From positions 1 to 50,812 of the forward strand of contig DAHVNA010000013.1 in assembly GCA_027319565.1 (NCBI GenBank): a stretch of DNA of 50,812 bases. Direction: 5' to 3'. This document shows, piece after piece, positions 28,448 through 38,674 of the stretch. The notes beneath the pieces are model-generated. The model was given only the letters and a program-made list of their open reading frames with translations, did not search any database and had not been told where the DNA came from. A program made the translations under genes and the position numbers. This DNA comes from Elusimicrobiota bacterium. Its GTDB lineage: Bacteria; Elusimicrobiota; Elusimicrobia; UBA1565; UBA9628. Within the stretch, counting starts at the first letter, position 1. Each line of letters opens with the position of its first letter.

Positions 28448-28995
28448 ACAAGGTTAAAACGTCTTTTCCCGGAATCGCGCGCTTAGTCTATGCCGAGGAG
28501 ATGGAATCCACCCAAAACACCGCCAAGGCTTTGGCCGAAGAAGGAGCGGAACACGGAACATTGGTTTGGGCGAAAAGACAAAAGGCCGGTCGCGGGCGGA
28601 TGGAGAGAAAATGGGAATCGCCGGAAGGGGGGCTCTACTTTTCCCTGATTTTAAGGCCTAAGATTTCACCGCTGGTCTTGGCGGATCTTAGCCTTAAAAC
28701 GGCGCAAGAAATTTCCAGAGCTCTTTTAAAAGCGGCCTCTCTTAAAACAAAAATCAAGCCTCCAAACGATATTTACGCAAAAGAGGGAAAAATTTGGAAA
28801 AAAATTTCCGGCATTCTCATCGAAGCCGCGGGAAACGAGACAAGCCTTTTTTGGCTGGTGATCGGCATCGGTATTAATATCAACAATCAACCGCAATTAG
28901 AATCCGCCACTAGTCTCAAAATTCTGACCGGGAAAGAATGGGAATTAGAAACAATTTTGGCCCAAGTCCTCAAAGAAATGCAAGAATCTGAGTAA
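28444..28995 (+). CDS. birA: Biotin--protein ligase (catalytic domain only)
   Basis: STQ, Q.AGRGR..R.W.SP.GGLYFS, K.PND, KISGILIE, GIGININ. Confidence 0.9.
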   Translation: MNKVKTSFPGIARLVYAEEMESTQNTAKALAEEGAEHGTLVWAKRQKAGRGRMERKWESPEGGLYFSLILRPKISPLVLADLSLKTAQEISRALLKAASLKTKIKPPNDIYAKEGKIWKKISGILIEAAGNETSLFWLVIGIGININNQPQLESATSLKILTGKEWELETILAQVLKEMQESE

Positions 28996-30506
28996 TGCCC
29001 CACGCACTCTTAATTTCCATCATTCTAATTTCGGTTAACGCCCTCTTTGTGCTGATGGAATACGCCCTGGTCAGGGTCCGGCCTTCTTTACTTGAGGTTT
29101 TATCCAAGCGCGGAAACTCAAAGGCCGTCCGAGTCATCGAGATGCAAAAAAAACTCGATCATTATCTCGCGGCCATTCAGCTGGGAATGACCTTGATCGC
29201 GATCGCGCTGGGATGGATTGCCCAGCCGGAATTGGCGGCGTTAATCGCGCGCCATCTGCGCGGCCATTCCTGGATTCCTTTGGGGCCTCAAGCGCTGACC
29301 GCGCTTTCCCTGGCCGGGGCCTTGGCTTTTCTGACCTGGCTTCATGTGTTGTTCGGCGAACTTTTGCCTCGCGGAATCGCGCTTCAAAAATCCGAGCCCA
29401 TCGCTCTTTGGGGAGCTCTTCCCCTCAAACTTTTCGCCAATCTATTTAGGTGGCCCATCGCCTTTATGTCGTTTTGTTCCATGAGCGCTTTGAAAATTCT
29501 AGGGCTCAAGCCCGCCGGGGAAAACGAGCCTATCGTAGGCGAAGAAGAAATGAGGGTTCTTCTCTATTCAACGCAAGAAAAAGGCTCTATTCCTATCGAG
29601 CGCCTGCTTTTAATTGAAAATCTGTTTAATATCGGGCAGACGACCGTCGCTGAGACGATGACTCCTAAAACGGAGATCGCGGCTCTTTATATCGACGCAA
29701 GCTGGAAAGAAAACCTCCAGACAATTCAAGAAAGAAGCTACTCCCGATATCCCCTTTGCTACCGGGACCTCGATAACCCGATCGGCATCATTCACATCAA
29801 AGACATCTTTTTGCGCGAAAGCTCTAGTCCCCCAGACCTCAATGCGTTAAAAAGAAACATCAGTTTTGTTTCCGAATCCGAACCCTTGGATAAGTTCTTG
29901 AAAATATTTCCCGACAGGGGCATCCATCTAGCCCTGGTCAAAAATGCGGAGGGCCGCATTACCGGGCTTATCACTCTGGAAGATATCGTCGAAGAATTAA
30001 TCGGGGAGGTTAAAGACGAGTTTGACCGCGGGGCGGTGTGGTCGTTGACGGATTCTTTGTCTCTGCCCGCGATAGCGGTCGGGGTCACGGCCTTGGACCG
30101 CAAATCGGCGATCGCCGCGCTGTCAAAGGTTTTATCCAACGCCCATCCGGAGTTTGACGCGCGAAAAATTTTTGACGCCGCCTGGGAAAGAGAACTTAAA
30201 TTTTCATCCGGACTCGGAAAGGGAATCGCGTTTCCCCATGCAAGGCTACCGGAATTAAAAGCGCCGATGATTGCCGTCGCCAAATTCTCAAAACCAGTCT
30301 TCTTTCCCTCTCCAGACCATCTGCCGGTCCGGCTGGCCTTTCTGATTTTAACCCCAACTTCAATTCCGGTCTTTCAATTGCGAATACTTAGCCGATTGGC
30401 GGCCTTGGTTTTTAACGAGGGGCTTCGCAAAACCCTTTTTGCCGCCAAGACCCCCGAAGCCCTTTTTGAGGCCCTCGCGGCCGCCGATACCCTGACCGCG
30501 AATTAG
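28995..30506 (+). CDS. CNNM/CorB (hemolysin-family) transporter with CBS pair fused to PTS EIIA domain
   Basis: N.LFV..EYAL, QLGMT...LGW, FGELLPR, MTP, YSRYP, GLITLEDIVEELIGEV.DEFD; then ERELKFSSGLGKGIAFPHAR. Confidence 0.88.
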   Translation: MPHALLISIILISVNALFVLMEYALVRVRPSLLEVLSKRGNSKAVRVIEMQKKLDHYLAAIQLGMTLIAIALGWIAQPELAALIARHLRGHSWIPLGPQALTALSLAGALAFLTWLHVLFGELLPRGIALQKSEPIALWGALPLKLFANLFRWPIAFMSFCSMSALKILGLKPAGENEPIVGEEEMRVLLYSTQEKGSIPIERLLLIENLFNIGQTTVAETMTPKTEIAALYIDASWKENLQTIQERSYSRYPLCYRDLDNPIGIIHIKDIFLRESSSPPDLNALKRNISFVSESEPLDKFLKIFPDRGIHLALVKNAEGRITGLITLEDIVEELIGEVKDEFDRGAVWSLTDSLSLPAIAVGVTALDRKSAIAALSKVLSNAHPEFDARKIFDAAWERELKFSSGLGKGIAFPHARLPELKAPMIAVAKFSKPVFFPSPDHLPVRLAFLILTPTSIPVFQLRILSRLAALVFNEGLRKTLFAAKTPEALFEALAAADTLTAN

Positions 30507-30529
30507 GCGGATATTGGTATCATTACCTT

Positions 30530-31543
30530 ATGCAGGATCGTTTTTTGCGCGCGTGCCGTAAAGAAAAGGTGGATCGTATTCCGGTTTGGTTTATGCGGCA
30601 AGCCGGGCGATACATGGAGGAATATCGGAACCTGAGGAAAAGATATTCCATCCTTGAAATCGCGAAAACCCCCAAGCTTGCCTCCGCGGTGACTCTTCAG
30701 CCGATTAAAGCCTTTCCACTCGATGCCGCAATCATTTTCTCCGATATTTTAATTCCTCTCGAACCGATGGGAATTAAACTAGAGTTTTCTCCCAAGCCCC
30801 ATATCAAAAACCCCGTTGAGCGCCCTTCTTGCCTAAACAGGCTCAAGGATTTTAAGGCGAGCGAAAAATTAGCTTTTGTCGGAGAAGCGATTGAAAAAAC
30901 AGTCCCGAAACTGGAAGGCCTCCCACTCATTGGCTTTTCGGCGGCGCCTTTTACCCTGGCTAGCTATCTCATCGAAGGCGGGCCCTCGAAGGATTTCCTA
31001 AAGACTAAAATCTTCATGCATCAACATCCTGAGGCCTGGGCCTCTTTGATGGAAAAATTAGTCCGGGTTCTCTCGGATTACCTCAAGCTTCAAGCTCTAT
31101 CCGGAGCTCGGGCTCTTCAAATTTTTGACAGCTGGATCGGAGCTTTGTCTCCAGAAGATTACCGCAATTACGTCCAATCCCATTCCCGGCGCTTGATTCA
31201 AAACGCTCAAAAGACCCAGGTCCCAGTCATTCATTTCGGCACCGGACAATCGGGATTTTTGGAAGATTTCGCCGCGGCGGGGGGAGATGTCATCGGGGTT
31301 GATTGGAGAATTGACATCCAAGACGCATCCCGGAGAATTGGAGATAAAGCTTTGCAGGGAAATCTCGACCCCGCCCTTCTTTTATGCGACAGCCAAAGCC
31401 TGCGAAAAGGGGTTGACTCCATCCTCAAGAAAGCGGGAACAAAAAAGGGATTTATTTTTAATATCGGACACGGTTTATTTCCTCAAACCGACCCCCAAAA
31501 AGTTAAAGAAGTTGTCGATAGAGTTCATTCTTTCCATGGATAA
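30530..31543 (+). CDS. hemE: Uroporphyrinogen decarboxylase
   Basis: PVWFMRQAGRY, AIIFSDIL, LIGF.AAPFTLASY.IEG, QIFDSW, QGNLDP, FNIGHG. Confidence 0.96.
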   Translation: MQDRFLRACRKEKVDRIPVWFMRQAGRYMEEYRNLRKRYSILEIAKTPKLASAVTLQPIKAFPLDAAIIFSDILIPLEPMGIKLEFSPKPHIKNPVERPSCLNRLKDFKASEKLAFVGEAIEKTVPKLEGLPLIGFSAAPFTLASYLIEGGPSKDFLKTKIFMHQHPEAWASLMEKLVRVLSDYLKLQALSGARALQIFDSWIGALSPEDYRNYVQSHSRRLIQNAQKTQVPVIHFGTGQSGFLEDFAAAGGDVIGVDWRIDIQDASRRIGDKALQGNLDPALLLCDSQSLRKGVDSILKKAGTKKGFIFNIGHGLFPQTDPQKVKEVVDRVHSFHG

Positions 31544-32975
31544 TCCGAATAAATCTCCGCGGAAAATTGTCGTCATCGGGGCGGGAATTTCAGGACTTTC
31601 CTGCGCTTATCGAATCAATCAATTGGCGGAAAAATCCGGCCTTAAGGTCGAAATTTCCGTTCTTGAAGCCTCCCCACGGGCGGGAGGAAAAATTATCACC
31701 GACCGCTCCGGCGGGATTCTCACCGAAGGAGGCCCGGACAGCTTTCTCACCCTTAAGCCCGAAGCCGAAAATTTGGCCCGGGAACTCGGGCTTGAAAAGG
31801 ATTTAGTCGCGGCGAATCAAAAATATTCGAGGGTTTGGATCCATCACCAGAAAAAACTTTACCCCCTTCCTAAAGGAACCGGCCTGATCCCTTCAAAAAT
31901 CATCCCCTTTCTCTTTTCCAATCTGCTGAGTTTTGGCGGACGATTGCGGGTCATCTCGGAACCCTTGGTGAACCCGAAACTGGGAGATGAAGACGAATCC
32001 CTGGCTTCCTTTATTTCCCGCAGGATGGGGCCGGAATTTCTCCAAAAGATAGCCGATCCGATTTTGTCCGGAATCTACGCCGCTTCTTCGGAACAAATCA
32101 GCCTTCTCTCCACATTCCCGCATTTTCGGGAAATGGAAAAGCGCGGCGGAATTTTTCAATCTCTGGCCAAGGCAAAACCGGCTCGAGTCGTTTTTGCGAC
32201 TCTTAAAGACGGACTTTCAAGCCTCTCAAATGCTCTCGTCCAAAATCTGCCCGCCAAGGCCTTGAAAAGAGATTCTCCTGTTCTTTCTATCCAACGGGAA
32301 CATCGAGGGTGGGCTATTAAAACCCCCCGCGAAATTTTTTTGGCCGACAGCGTCGTTTTGGCGGCGCCCGCTAATTCGGCGTCTCTTTTATGCGCCGATT
32401 TTTCGCCGGAACTATCTTCGGTCTTATCTGAAATTCCGTTTACCAGTAGCGTCGTCGTCAATCTCGTCTATTCCAGAAAATCGGTGGGGCACTCTTTAAA
32501 AGGATACGGATTTGTCTCCGTTCAAAACGGCTCTTCTTCTTTAATGGCCGCCACTTTTAGCTCCTCTAAATTTCCCCATCGCTCCAATTCCGACAAGGCC
32601 CTGATTCGCGTCTTTTTTAGGGAAAAATCCCCATCAGGCGAAGAATTAATCTCCAAAAACGAAGAGGAGATCGCGAAAATAGCGCATCAAGAATTAGCTC
32701 CGGTTCTAGGCCTTAAATCAAACCCCGAAGAATTTCGAGTTTACAAATGGATGAAGGCCCACCCGGTCTATTGCGTTGGGCACGGACTACGGATGAAAAG
32801 AATAGAATCCTGTCTAAAAGACCTGCCGGGCCTTTTTCTCGCGGGATCGTCTTATTACGGAATCGGCCTGCCCGACTGCATCCGCTCGGGCCAAAAAGCG
32901 GCGGAACAGACCGTTCAATTCTTGAAAAATCGTCCCAATAAAAATCCCCACGTCCTACAATCTATGGAGGCTTGA
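31536..32975 (+). CDS. hemY: HemY-type FAD-dependent proto/coproporphyrinogen oxidase
   Basis: IGAGISGL, E...RAGG, EGGPDSF, DPILSGIYA, G.SYYGIGLPDCI.SG. Start moved to ATG 31536. Confidence 0.9.
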   Translation: MDNPNKSPRKIVVIGAGISGLSCAYRINQLAEKSGLKVEISVLEASPRAGGKIITDRSGGILTEGGPDSFLTLKPEAENLARELGLEKDLVAANQKYSRVWIHHQKKLYPLPKGTGLIPSKIIPFLFSNLLSFGGRLRVISEPLVNPKLGDEDESLASFISRRMGPEFLQKIADPILSGIYAASSEQISLLSTFPHFREMEKRGGIFQSLAKAKPARVVFATLKDGLSSLSNALVQNLPAKALKRDSPVLSIQREHRGWAIKTPREIFLADSVVLAAPANSASLLCADFSPELSSVLSEIPFTSSVVVNLVYSRKSVGHSLKGYGFVSVQNGSSSLMAATFSSSKFPHRSNSDKALIRVFFREKSPSGEELISKNEEEIAKIAHQELAPVLGLKSNPEEFRVYKWMKAHPVYCVGHGLRMKRIESCLKDLPGLFLAGSSYYGIGLPDCIRSGQKAAEQTVQFLKNRPNKNPHVLQSMEA

Positions 32976-32979
32976 TATC

Positions 32980-33681
32980 ATGCTCACCCACGCGCAACTG
33001 ATTTTTCGCATCGCCGTAGCGACGGGCCTTGGCGGAATTATCGGATACGAACGAGACCTGCATAGCCGGCACGCGGGGCTTAGAACCCATATCATCGTCG
33101 CGATGGCGGCCGCCACCTTCATGGTCGTATCCGCGCATTTTATGTTTTATCAGGGCTACCTTGATTCAACAAAACACTTGGATATCGACACTTCCAGAAT
33201 CGCCTCCGCCGTTGTCTCGGGAGTCGGCTTTATCGCCGGAGGCACCATTCTCAGGACTGGGCTAACCATTCAAGGGCTGACCACCGCGGCGGGACTTTGG
33301 CTGGTAACCGCCATCGGCCTTTGCGCCGGAGCCGGAATGTTTGTCGAGAGTTTCGCCGTTACCTTAATGGGATTTATCGCCTTATCCGTGCTGCGATTTC
33401 TGGAAGACAGAAACGTCAAATGGCTTAGAAGAAGCGTTTTTCTAGTCATGAACGACGGCGCCGATCGCGCCAATCAAATCACGAATCTATTAAAGGGCAT
33501 CGGGGCGCGAGTCTATGACTTCGATTACGCCAAAGAATTCGAGGGAAGCCAGGTCACGATTTCTTTTGACCTAACTTTCCCAATCGCTTTTGGAGTCGAC
33601 CGCCTAATCGCCCTTTTGGAAAGCCAAGAAGGCATGCGCCAGGTCCGGGTCAAATTCCACAAAGACCCTCACTTTATTTGA
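32980..33681 (+). CDS. MgtC/SapB family protein
   Basis: IGYER....AGLRTH, RIA.AVVSGVGFI.GG.I, GLTTAAGLW...AIG; ACT-like tail. Confidence 0.9.
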   Translation: MLTHAQLIFRIAVATGLGGIIGYERDLHSRHAGLRTHIIVAMAAATFMVVSAHFMFYQGYLDSTKHLDIDTSRIASAVVSGVGFIAGGTILRTGLTIQGLTTAAGLWLVTAIGLCAGAGMFVESFAVTLMGFIALSVLRFLEDRNVKWLRRSVFLVMNDGADRANQITNLLKGIGARVYDFDYAKEFEGSQVTISFDLTFPIAFGVDRLIALLESQEGMRQVRVKFHKDPHFI

Positions 33682-33694
33682 ACGCTCAAATTGA

Positions 33695-34723
33695 ATGGAC
33701 TGGGAAAAAACGCGGGAATTAATTAAAGAATTGGGAGAGCCCGCCTACCGCGCCGAGCAACTGCGAAAACCCGTCTTTGAAGAAGGCGTCTCTTCTTATG
33801 GCGAAATTTCCACCTGGCCGGAATCTTTAAAAGAAAAGATGGGCAAAAAATCCCAGATTTTAAGCCTTCGCCTCAAGGAGATGACGGTTTCCCAAGACCA
33901 AAGATGCCGAAAAGCGGTTTTGGAATGCCGGGACGGAAAAATGATAGAGACCGTGTTGTTGCGCCCCTCACAAGCGCGCTGGACCGCCTGCATTTCTTCC
34001 CAGGTCGGCTGCGCGGTGGGATGCCCTTTCTGCGCGACAGGGCAGATGGGAATCAAGCGTAATCTCTCGGCCGAGGAAATCACCGATCAAGCGCTTTTTT
34101 GGCGCCAGTTTATGCGGCAAGAAAAAATAGCCGGGCGCCTCAGCCATGTCGTCTATATGGGGATGGGAGAACCTTTTTCCAATTATGAACAGATGTCAAA
34201 GAGCCTCAAGATTTTAATGGATCAGAGCCTGTTTAATTTAGCGGCCCGGCATATCTCCGTTTCAACATCGGGAATCGCCCCTAAAATAGAGGCGTTCGCG
34301 GAAGATTTTCCCCAGGTCAATTTCGCCCTTTCTCTTCATGCCGCCGACGACAAGCTCCGCGACTCCTTAGTCCCCGTCAACAAAGCCTACCCCTTGGCCA
34401 AAATTCGGGAATCCCTAAAAAAATATCTGCAAAAATCCTCGCGGAAAATTTTTCTTGAATATATTCTTCTCAAAGGGACTAACGATCGAAATGAGGACGC
34501 GGAAAATCTTATTAGTTTTGCGCGTTCCGTCGGGCCGCTTGAGTTGTTGCATGTCAATCTCATAGTCTTTAATCAGACCGACTCTCCTTTTAAGGCGACG
34601 GCGGAAAAAGACGCGCGGGCATTTCAAAAGAAAATTATGAACGCCAAAATTCATTCGACAATCCGGCAAAACCTGGGGCGTGATATCGACGGCGCGTGCG
34701 GGCAGCTTATTTTCAAACAATGA
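33695..34723 (+). CDS. rlmN: 23S rRNA A2503 C2 methyltransferase RlmN
   Basis: CISSQVGCAVGCPFCATG, MGMGEP, ISVSTSG, SLHA, IDGACGQL. Confidence 0.92.
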   Translation: MDWEKTRELIKELGEPAYRAEQLRKPVFEEGVSSYGEISTWPESLKEKMGKKSQILSLRLKEMTVSQDQRCRKAVLECRDGKMIETVLLRPSQARWTACISSQVGCAVGCPFCATGQMGIKRNLSAEEITDQALFWRQFMRQEKIAGRLSHVVYMGMGEPFSNYEQMSKSLKILMDQSLFNLAARHISVSTSGIAPKIEAFAEDFPQVNFALSLHAADDKLRDSLVPVNKAYPLAKIRESLKKYLQKSSRKIFLEYILLKGTNDRNEDAENLISFARSVGPLELLHVNLIVFNQTDSPFKATAEKDARAFQKKIMNAKIHSTIRQNLGRDIDGACGQLIFKQ

Positions 34724-36108
34724 AATTTTCTCAAATTAATCCCAATCTTTTCTCGCCGGCCCTCAGGGGTTCCGATTACGGAGAAGCTTTTCTGGAAGAA
34801 TCAAGCGCTCTTTCAATCCGCTATGAAGATTCCAAAGTCGAGGACATTGGAAGCGTCATTGACTTGGGCGTAGGACTTCGCCATCTTAAAAAGGCGGGAA
34901 ATTCCATTCAAACTTTCCAAGCCGTCTCCCAAAAATTCGACCCCGAGGAATCTCTCCGCCTCAAAGAATCCCTTTTGGGCAAAGGCCCGCAGGAAGCCCC
35001 CGTCTCTTTTAAGGGCTTAGAAGAATTTTCCCACCCGTTTCGAATCAACCCTAAGGAAGTGCCCTTGGAAGACAAGATCAATCTCTTAAAATCCATCGAT
35101 TCCTCTCTCAGAAAAAATTTCAAACTCATCCGCCAGGTTTCACTCTCTTACGGGGAAAGAGAGCGCTCCATCGCGATTTTAAACAGCGAAGGAGCTTTCC
35201 AAGTCGAGAAAAGAGTGGCCGTTCTCTTGTCGATCAATGTCATTGTCGAGGAAAACGGCATCCTTCAGACCGGGCATGAGGTCATCGGCGGCATCAAAGG
35301 CTATGAGCTGCTAGACGACGAAATCGCGCTGAGATTAGCCCATGCGGCGGCGGCCAGGGCCGAAGCCAAACTCAAAGCCCCCAAGGCCAAGGCGGGAGAA
35401 ATGCAGGTCATTTTATCTAATTCCGCGGGCGGAACTTTTATCCATGAAGCGATCGGGCATTCTCTGGAAGTCGATCACGTTCAGGAGGGCTCTTCTCCAG
35501 CCTATATCGGCAAATTGAGCAAAGTCGTCGCGCCGGAAACTATCACCGTTATCGACGACCCCACTCTTCCTTTCTACCGCGGAAGCTTTTATTTTGACGA
35601 CGAAGGCCACAAATCCCAACCCACCGTTTTGGTTAAAAACGGGGTTCTCGCCGATTATCTCTATGATCGAGTGACCGCCATGAAAGAAGGAAAAAAATCA
35701 AACGGACACGGAAGAAGGGAATCCTTTCATTGCCGGCCGATTCCGCGCATGTCTAACCTCTATATCGCGCCCGGACCGCATGACCCAAAAGAAATCTTAA
35801 AAGGCCTTAAATCCGGGATCTTCGTGACCCGAATGGGCGGCGGCCAGGTCAATACCGCGACCAGCGAATTTGTCTTTGAGATCGACGACGCTTTCTGGGT
35901 TGAAAACGGAGAAATCAAGCATCGCGTCCGGGACGCGAATTTAATGGGGATTGGTCCCGAGATTCTTAAATCCATCGACAAGGTAGGGTGGGATATCGGC
36001 TGGGGCATCGGCACCTGCGGGAAAGACGGGCAAGGCGTTCCGGTCGGAGACGGGCAACCCACTCTTCACATTCCCAAAATTTTGGTCGGCGGCAGCGGAG
36101 ATAAATAA
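34720..36108 (+). CDS. tldD: TldD metalloprotease
   Basis: HEAIGH, DDPT, FDDEG, NGHGRRES..PIPRMSN, GGQVN, CGKDGQ.VPV..GQPT. ATG 34720 overlaps the rlmN stop. Confidence 0.9.
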   Translation: MKFSQINPNLFSPALRGSDYGEAFLEESSALSIRYEDSKVEDIGSVIDLGVGLRHLKKAGNSIQTFQAVSQKFDPEESLRLKESLLGKGPQEAPVSFKGLEEFSHPFRINPKEVPLEDKINLLKSIDSSLRKNFKLIRQVSLSYGERERSIAILNSEGAFQVEKRVAVLLSINVIVEENGILQTGHEVIGGIKGYELLDDEIALRLAHAAAARAEAKLKAPKAKAGEMQVILSNSAGGTFIHEAIGHSLEVDHVQEGSSPAYIGKLSKVVAPETITVIDDPTLPFYRGSFYFDDEGHKSQPTVLVKNGVLADYLYDRVTAMKEGKKSNGHGRRESFHCRPIPRMSNLYIAPGPHDPKEILKGLKSGIFVTRMGGGQVNTATSEFVFEIDDAFWVENGEIKHRVRDANLMGIGPEILKSIDKVGWDIGWGIGTCGKDGQGVPVGDGQPTLHIPKILVGGSGDK

Positions 36109-36666
36109 ATGAGCTCCCCTTCTATTTCAGATTCCATTAAAAATATCCTTAACATTCTGGGCGAAGACCCCCACCGCGAGGGACTCTTAAAAACTCCCGA
36201 GCGCGTCGAAAAATCGCTCAAAGAATTGACCTCGGGATATTCCGCCGACCCGGATGCCATCATCAACGACGCCTTGTTTACCGTCGCCTACAGCGAAATG
36301 GTCTTGGTCAAAGACATCAATTTCTATTCTCTCTGCGAACACCATCTGCTCCCCTTTTTCGGCAAGGTTCATGTCGCCTACATCCCGGACAAAAAAATCG
36401 TCGGGCTTTCTAAAATTCCGAAACTTGTCGAGGCCTTTGCCCGAAGGCTTCAGGTTCAGGAGCGCCTGACTAGCCAGATCGCCGAGATTCTCAAGGATAA
36501 GCTGAGCCCCATGGGGGTTGGCGTCGTCATTGAAGCGCGGCATCTTTGCATGGAAATGCGGGGAGCCAAAAGCCTTTTATCCCCGACGGTCACGAGCGCG
36601 ATGCTGGGATCTTTTCGCAAAGATCCTCGAACCCGGGAAGAATTTTTGAAACTTCTAGGCCGCTAA
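36109..36666 (+). CDS. folE: GTP cyclohydrolase I
   Basis: [41 protein letters not shown]. Confidence 0.96.
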   Translation: MSSPSISDSIKNILNILGEDPHREGLLKTPERVEKSLKELTSGYSADPDAIINDALFTVAYSEMVLVKDINFYSLCEHHLLPFFGKVHVAYIPDKKIVGLSKIPKLVEAFARRLQVQERLTSQIAEILKDKLSPMGVGVVIEARHLCMEMRGAKSLLSPTVTSAMLGSFRKDPRTREEFLKLLGR

Positions 36667-37812
36667 AACTTCTCGCGCGATGATGAGGCGTTGAACCTCG
36701 GAGGTCCCTTCGTAGATTTCGGTCACGCGCGCGTCGCGGAAATAACGCTCGACGGGAAATTCGCGGATGTAGCCGTTTCCGCCGTGGATTTGAAGAGCCT
36801 CAAAGGCCGTCTTATTGGCGTGTTGGGACGCAAAGAGTTTCGCCATCGAGGCCTCTTTGGCGCAGGGTTTATCTAACGCCATCAAGCGCGCGGCTTGATA
36901 GGTCAAAAGCCGGGAGGCTTCGATGCCAAGCGCCATATCCGCGATTTTAAATTGCGTCGCCTGGAAATCGGCGATCGGGCGTCCAAACTGTTCGCGGGCT
37001 TTCGCGTATTTAACCGCTTCTTCAAACGCCGCGCGAGCGATCCCCAAGGATTGGGCGGCGATCGCGATGCGCCCGGAATTAAGCTGGGTCAAAGCGATTT
37101 TAAAACCCCGGTTTTCTTCTCCGAGTAGATTTTCCCTTGGGACCCGGGCATTGGAAAAACGAATCTCGCGGGTATCGGAAGCCCGAATGCCCAATTTCTT
37201 TTCTTTTTTGCCGATTGAAAGCCCGTGAGTGTCTTTATCCACGATCAGGCAACTAATGCCCTTGTTTTTAAGAGACGGGGAAGTCGATACAAACACCAGA
37301 AAAAAATGCGATCTTCCAGCGTTGGTCACCCAGGCCTTGGCCCCATTGAGAATATAATGATCTCCTTCTAAAACCGCGGAGGCTTTGAGGCTTCCCGCGT
37401 CAGTACCGGCTCCGGGCTCAGACAAACTATAAGACCCAATCCATTCCCCCGCCGCCGCCTTGGGAAGATATTTTTCCTTTTGTTTTTCGGTCCCAAACTT
37501 TAAGACGGCGGAACAGACCAAACTGTTGTGAACGGTCAGCCCCACCTGAAAGGCCGCCGCCGCCTTGGCGATTTCCTCCATCGCCAAAACATATGCGAGA
37601 TAATCAAGGCCAAGCCCCCCGTATTTTTCCGGAATCATCATCCCGAAAAAACCCAATTCCGAGGCTTCCCTTAACAATTCTTGCGGAATCTCCTCGGTTT
37701 CATCCATTTCCTGAGCCAGTGGCTTAAGCCTTTTTTCGGCGAAACTCCGCGCGGAATCGCGGGCCATGATTTGAGATTCTGAAAACTCGAGATTAAGATC
37801 AGACGTAATCAT
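36655..37812 (-). CDS. Acyl-CoA dehydrogenase (butyryl-CoA DH-like)
   Basis: [57 protein letters not shown] 37812 after SD. Confidence 0.93.
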   Translation of the reverse strand: MITSDLNLEFSESQIMARDSARSFAEKRLKPLAQEMDETEEIPQELLREASELGFFGMMIPEKYGGLGLDYLAYVLAMEEIAKAAAAFQVGLTVHNSLVCSAVLKFGTEKQKEKYLPKAAAGEWIGSYSLSEPGAGTDAGSLKASAVLEGDHYILNGAKAWVTNAGRSHFFLVFVSTSPSLKNKGISCLIVDKDTHGLSIGKKEKKLGIRASDTREIRFSNARVPRENLLGEENRGFKIALTQLNSGRIAIAAQSLGIARAAFEEAVKYAKAREQFGRPIADFQATQFKIADMALGIEASRLLTYQAARLMALDKPCAKEASMAKLFASQHANKTAFEALQIHGGNGYIREFPVERYFRDARVTEIYEGTSEVQRLIIAREVLAA

Positions 37813-38650
37813 AAAACCCTCTTTTAGTTTTTCGGCCAAGGCGGCCGGAAGCGACCATTTGCTTTAGAAGCGGACAAGGCCTATATTTGGAATCGCCAAA
37901 ACCCTCAAAAAGAACGTTGAGTATATCCAGGCAAACATCGAGCCCGATAAAATCCGCAAGCTCCAATGGCCCCATGGGGTGATTCATCCCGAGTTTCATG
38001 ACCGTGTCAATGTCTTCTTTGGTGGAAAGGCCTTCCATCAAAGCGAAACAGGCTTCATTAATCATCGGCATCAAAACGCGATTGGAGATAAAGCCGGGAA
38101 AATCCAAGGACATGGCCGGGGTCTTCCCCAAAAACAAGGTTAAGTCCTTGACGATTTGGTAAGTTTCATCCGAAGTCTCAAGTCCGCGGATAATTTCAAC
38201 CAATTTCATCACCGGAACGGGATTCATAAAGTGCATTCCGATGACATTTTTGGGACGGCGGGTGAAAGCGGCGATGCGGGTGATTGAAATCGAAGAGGTG
38301 TTCGTCGCCAAAATCGCCTCTTGAGAGCAGAGAGAATTTAGGCGCGTAAAAACGTCTTTTTTAATTTCAATTTTCTCCGGAACCGCCTCGATGACGATCT
38401 GAGCGTTTTTGGCCGCGCCCAAATCAGCGGCGGTTTGAATCTTAGACAGGGCTTTGTCTTTTGCGGAAGAATCGATAACGCCTTTTTTAATCTGGCGGTC
38501 CAGATTGGAGGAAATTCCTTCCACCGCCTTTTTGGCGAAAGCCTCGCTCGCCTCGATTAAGGCCACCGAAATTCCCTTCAGCGCCAAAACATGGGCGATG
38601 CCGGAACCCATCGCCCCCGCCCCCACGACCGCCGCGCGCTCTATTTTCAT
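37799..38650 (-). CDS. hbd: 3-hydroxybutyryl-CoA dehydrogenase
   Basis: VGAGAMGSGIA, EAVPE, TNTSSISIT, GMHFMNP, PGFISNR, HPMGPL.LADFIGLD. Confidence 0.93.
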   Translation of the reverse strand: MKIERAAVVGAGAMGSGIAHVLALKGISVALIEASEAFAKKAVEGISSNLDRQIKKGVIDSSAKDKALSKIQTAADLGAAKNAQIVIEAVPEKIEIKKDVFTRLNSLCSQEAILATNTSSISITRIAAFTRRPKNVIGMHFMNPVPVMKLVEIIRGLETSDETYQIVKDLTLFLGKTPAMSLDFPGFISNRVLMPMINEACFALMEGLSTKEDIDTVMKLGMNHPMGPLELADFIGLDVCLDILNVLFEGFGDSKYRPCPLLKQMVASGRLGRKTKRGFYDYV

Positions 38651-38674
38651 TTAAATCTCCTGTCTTTCTTTCAA

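Noticed and set aside
31287..31535. 83-aa N-terminal extension of HemY in the ORF track
   Set aside because: Overlaps hemE in another frame; the FAD-binding motif begins just after ATG 31536.
33695..34723. Cfr resistance methyltransferase
   Set aside because: MGMGEP and SSQVGC motifs and the housekeeping context fit RlmN.
34720..36108. TldD plus Cys-rich peptides as a RiPP cluster
   Set aside because: No YcaO or other modifying enzyme or precursor nearby; the adjacent radical SAM gene is RlmN.
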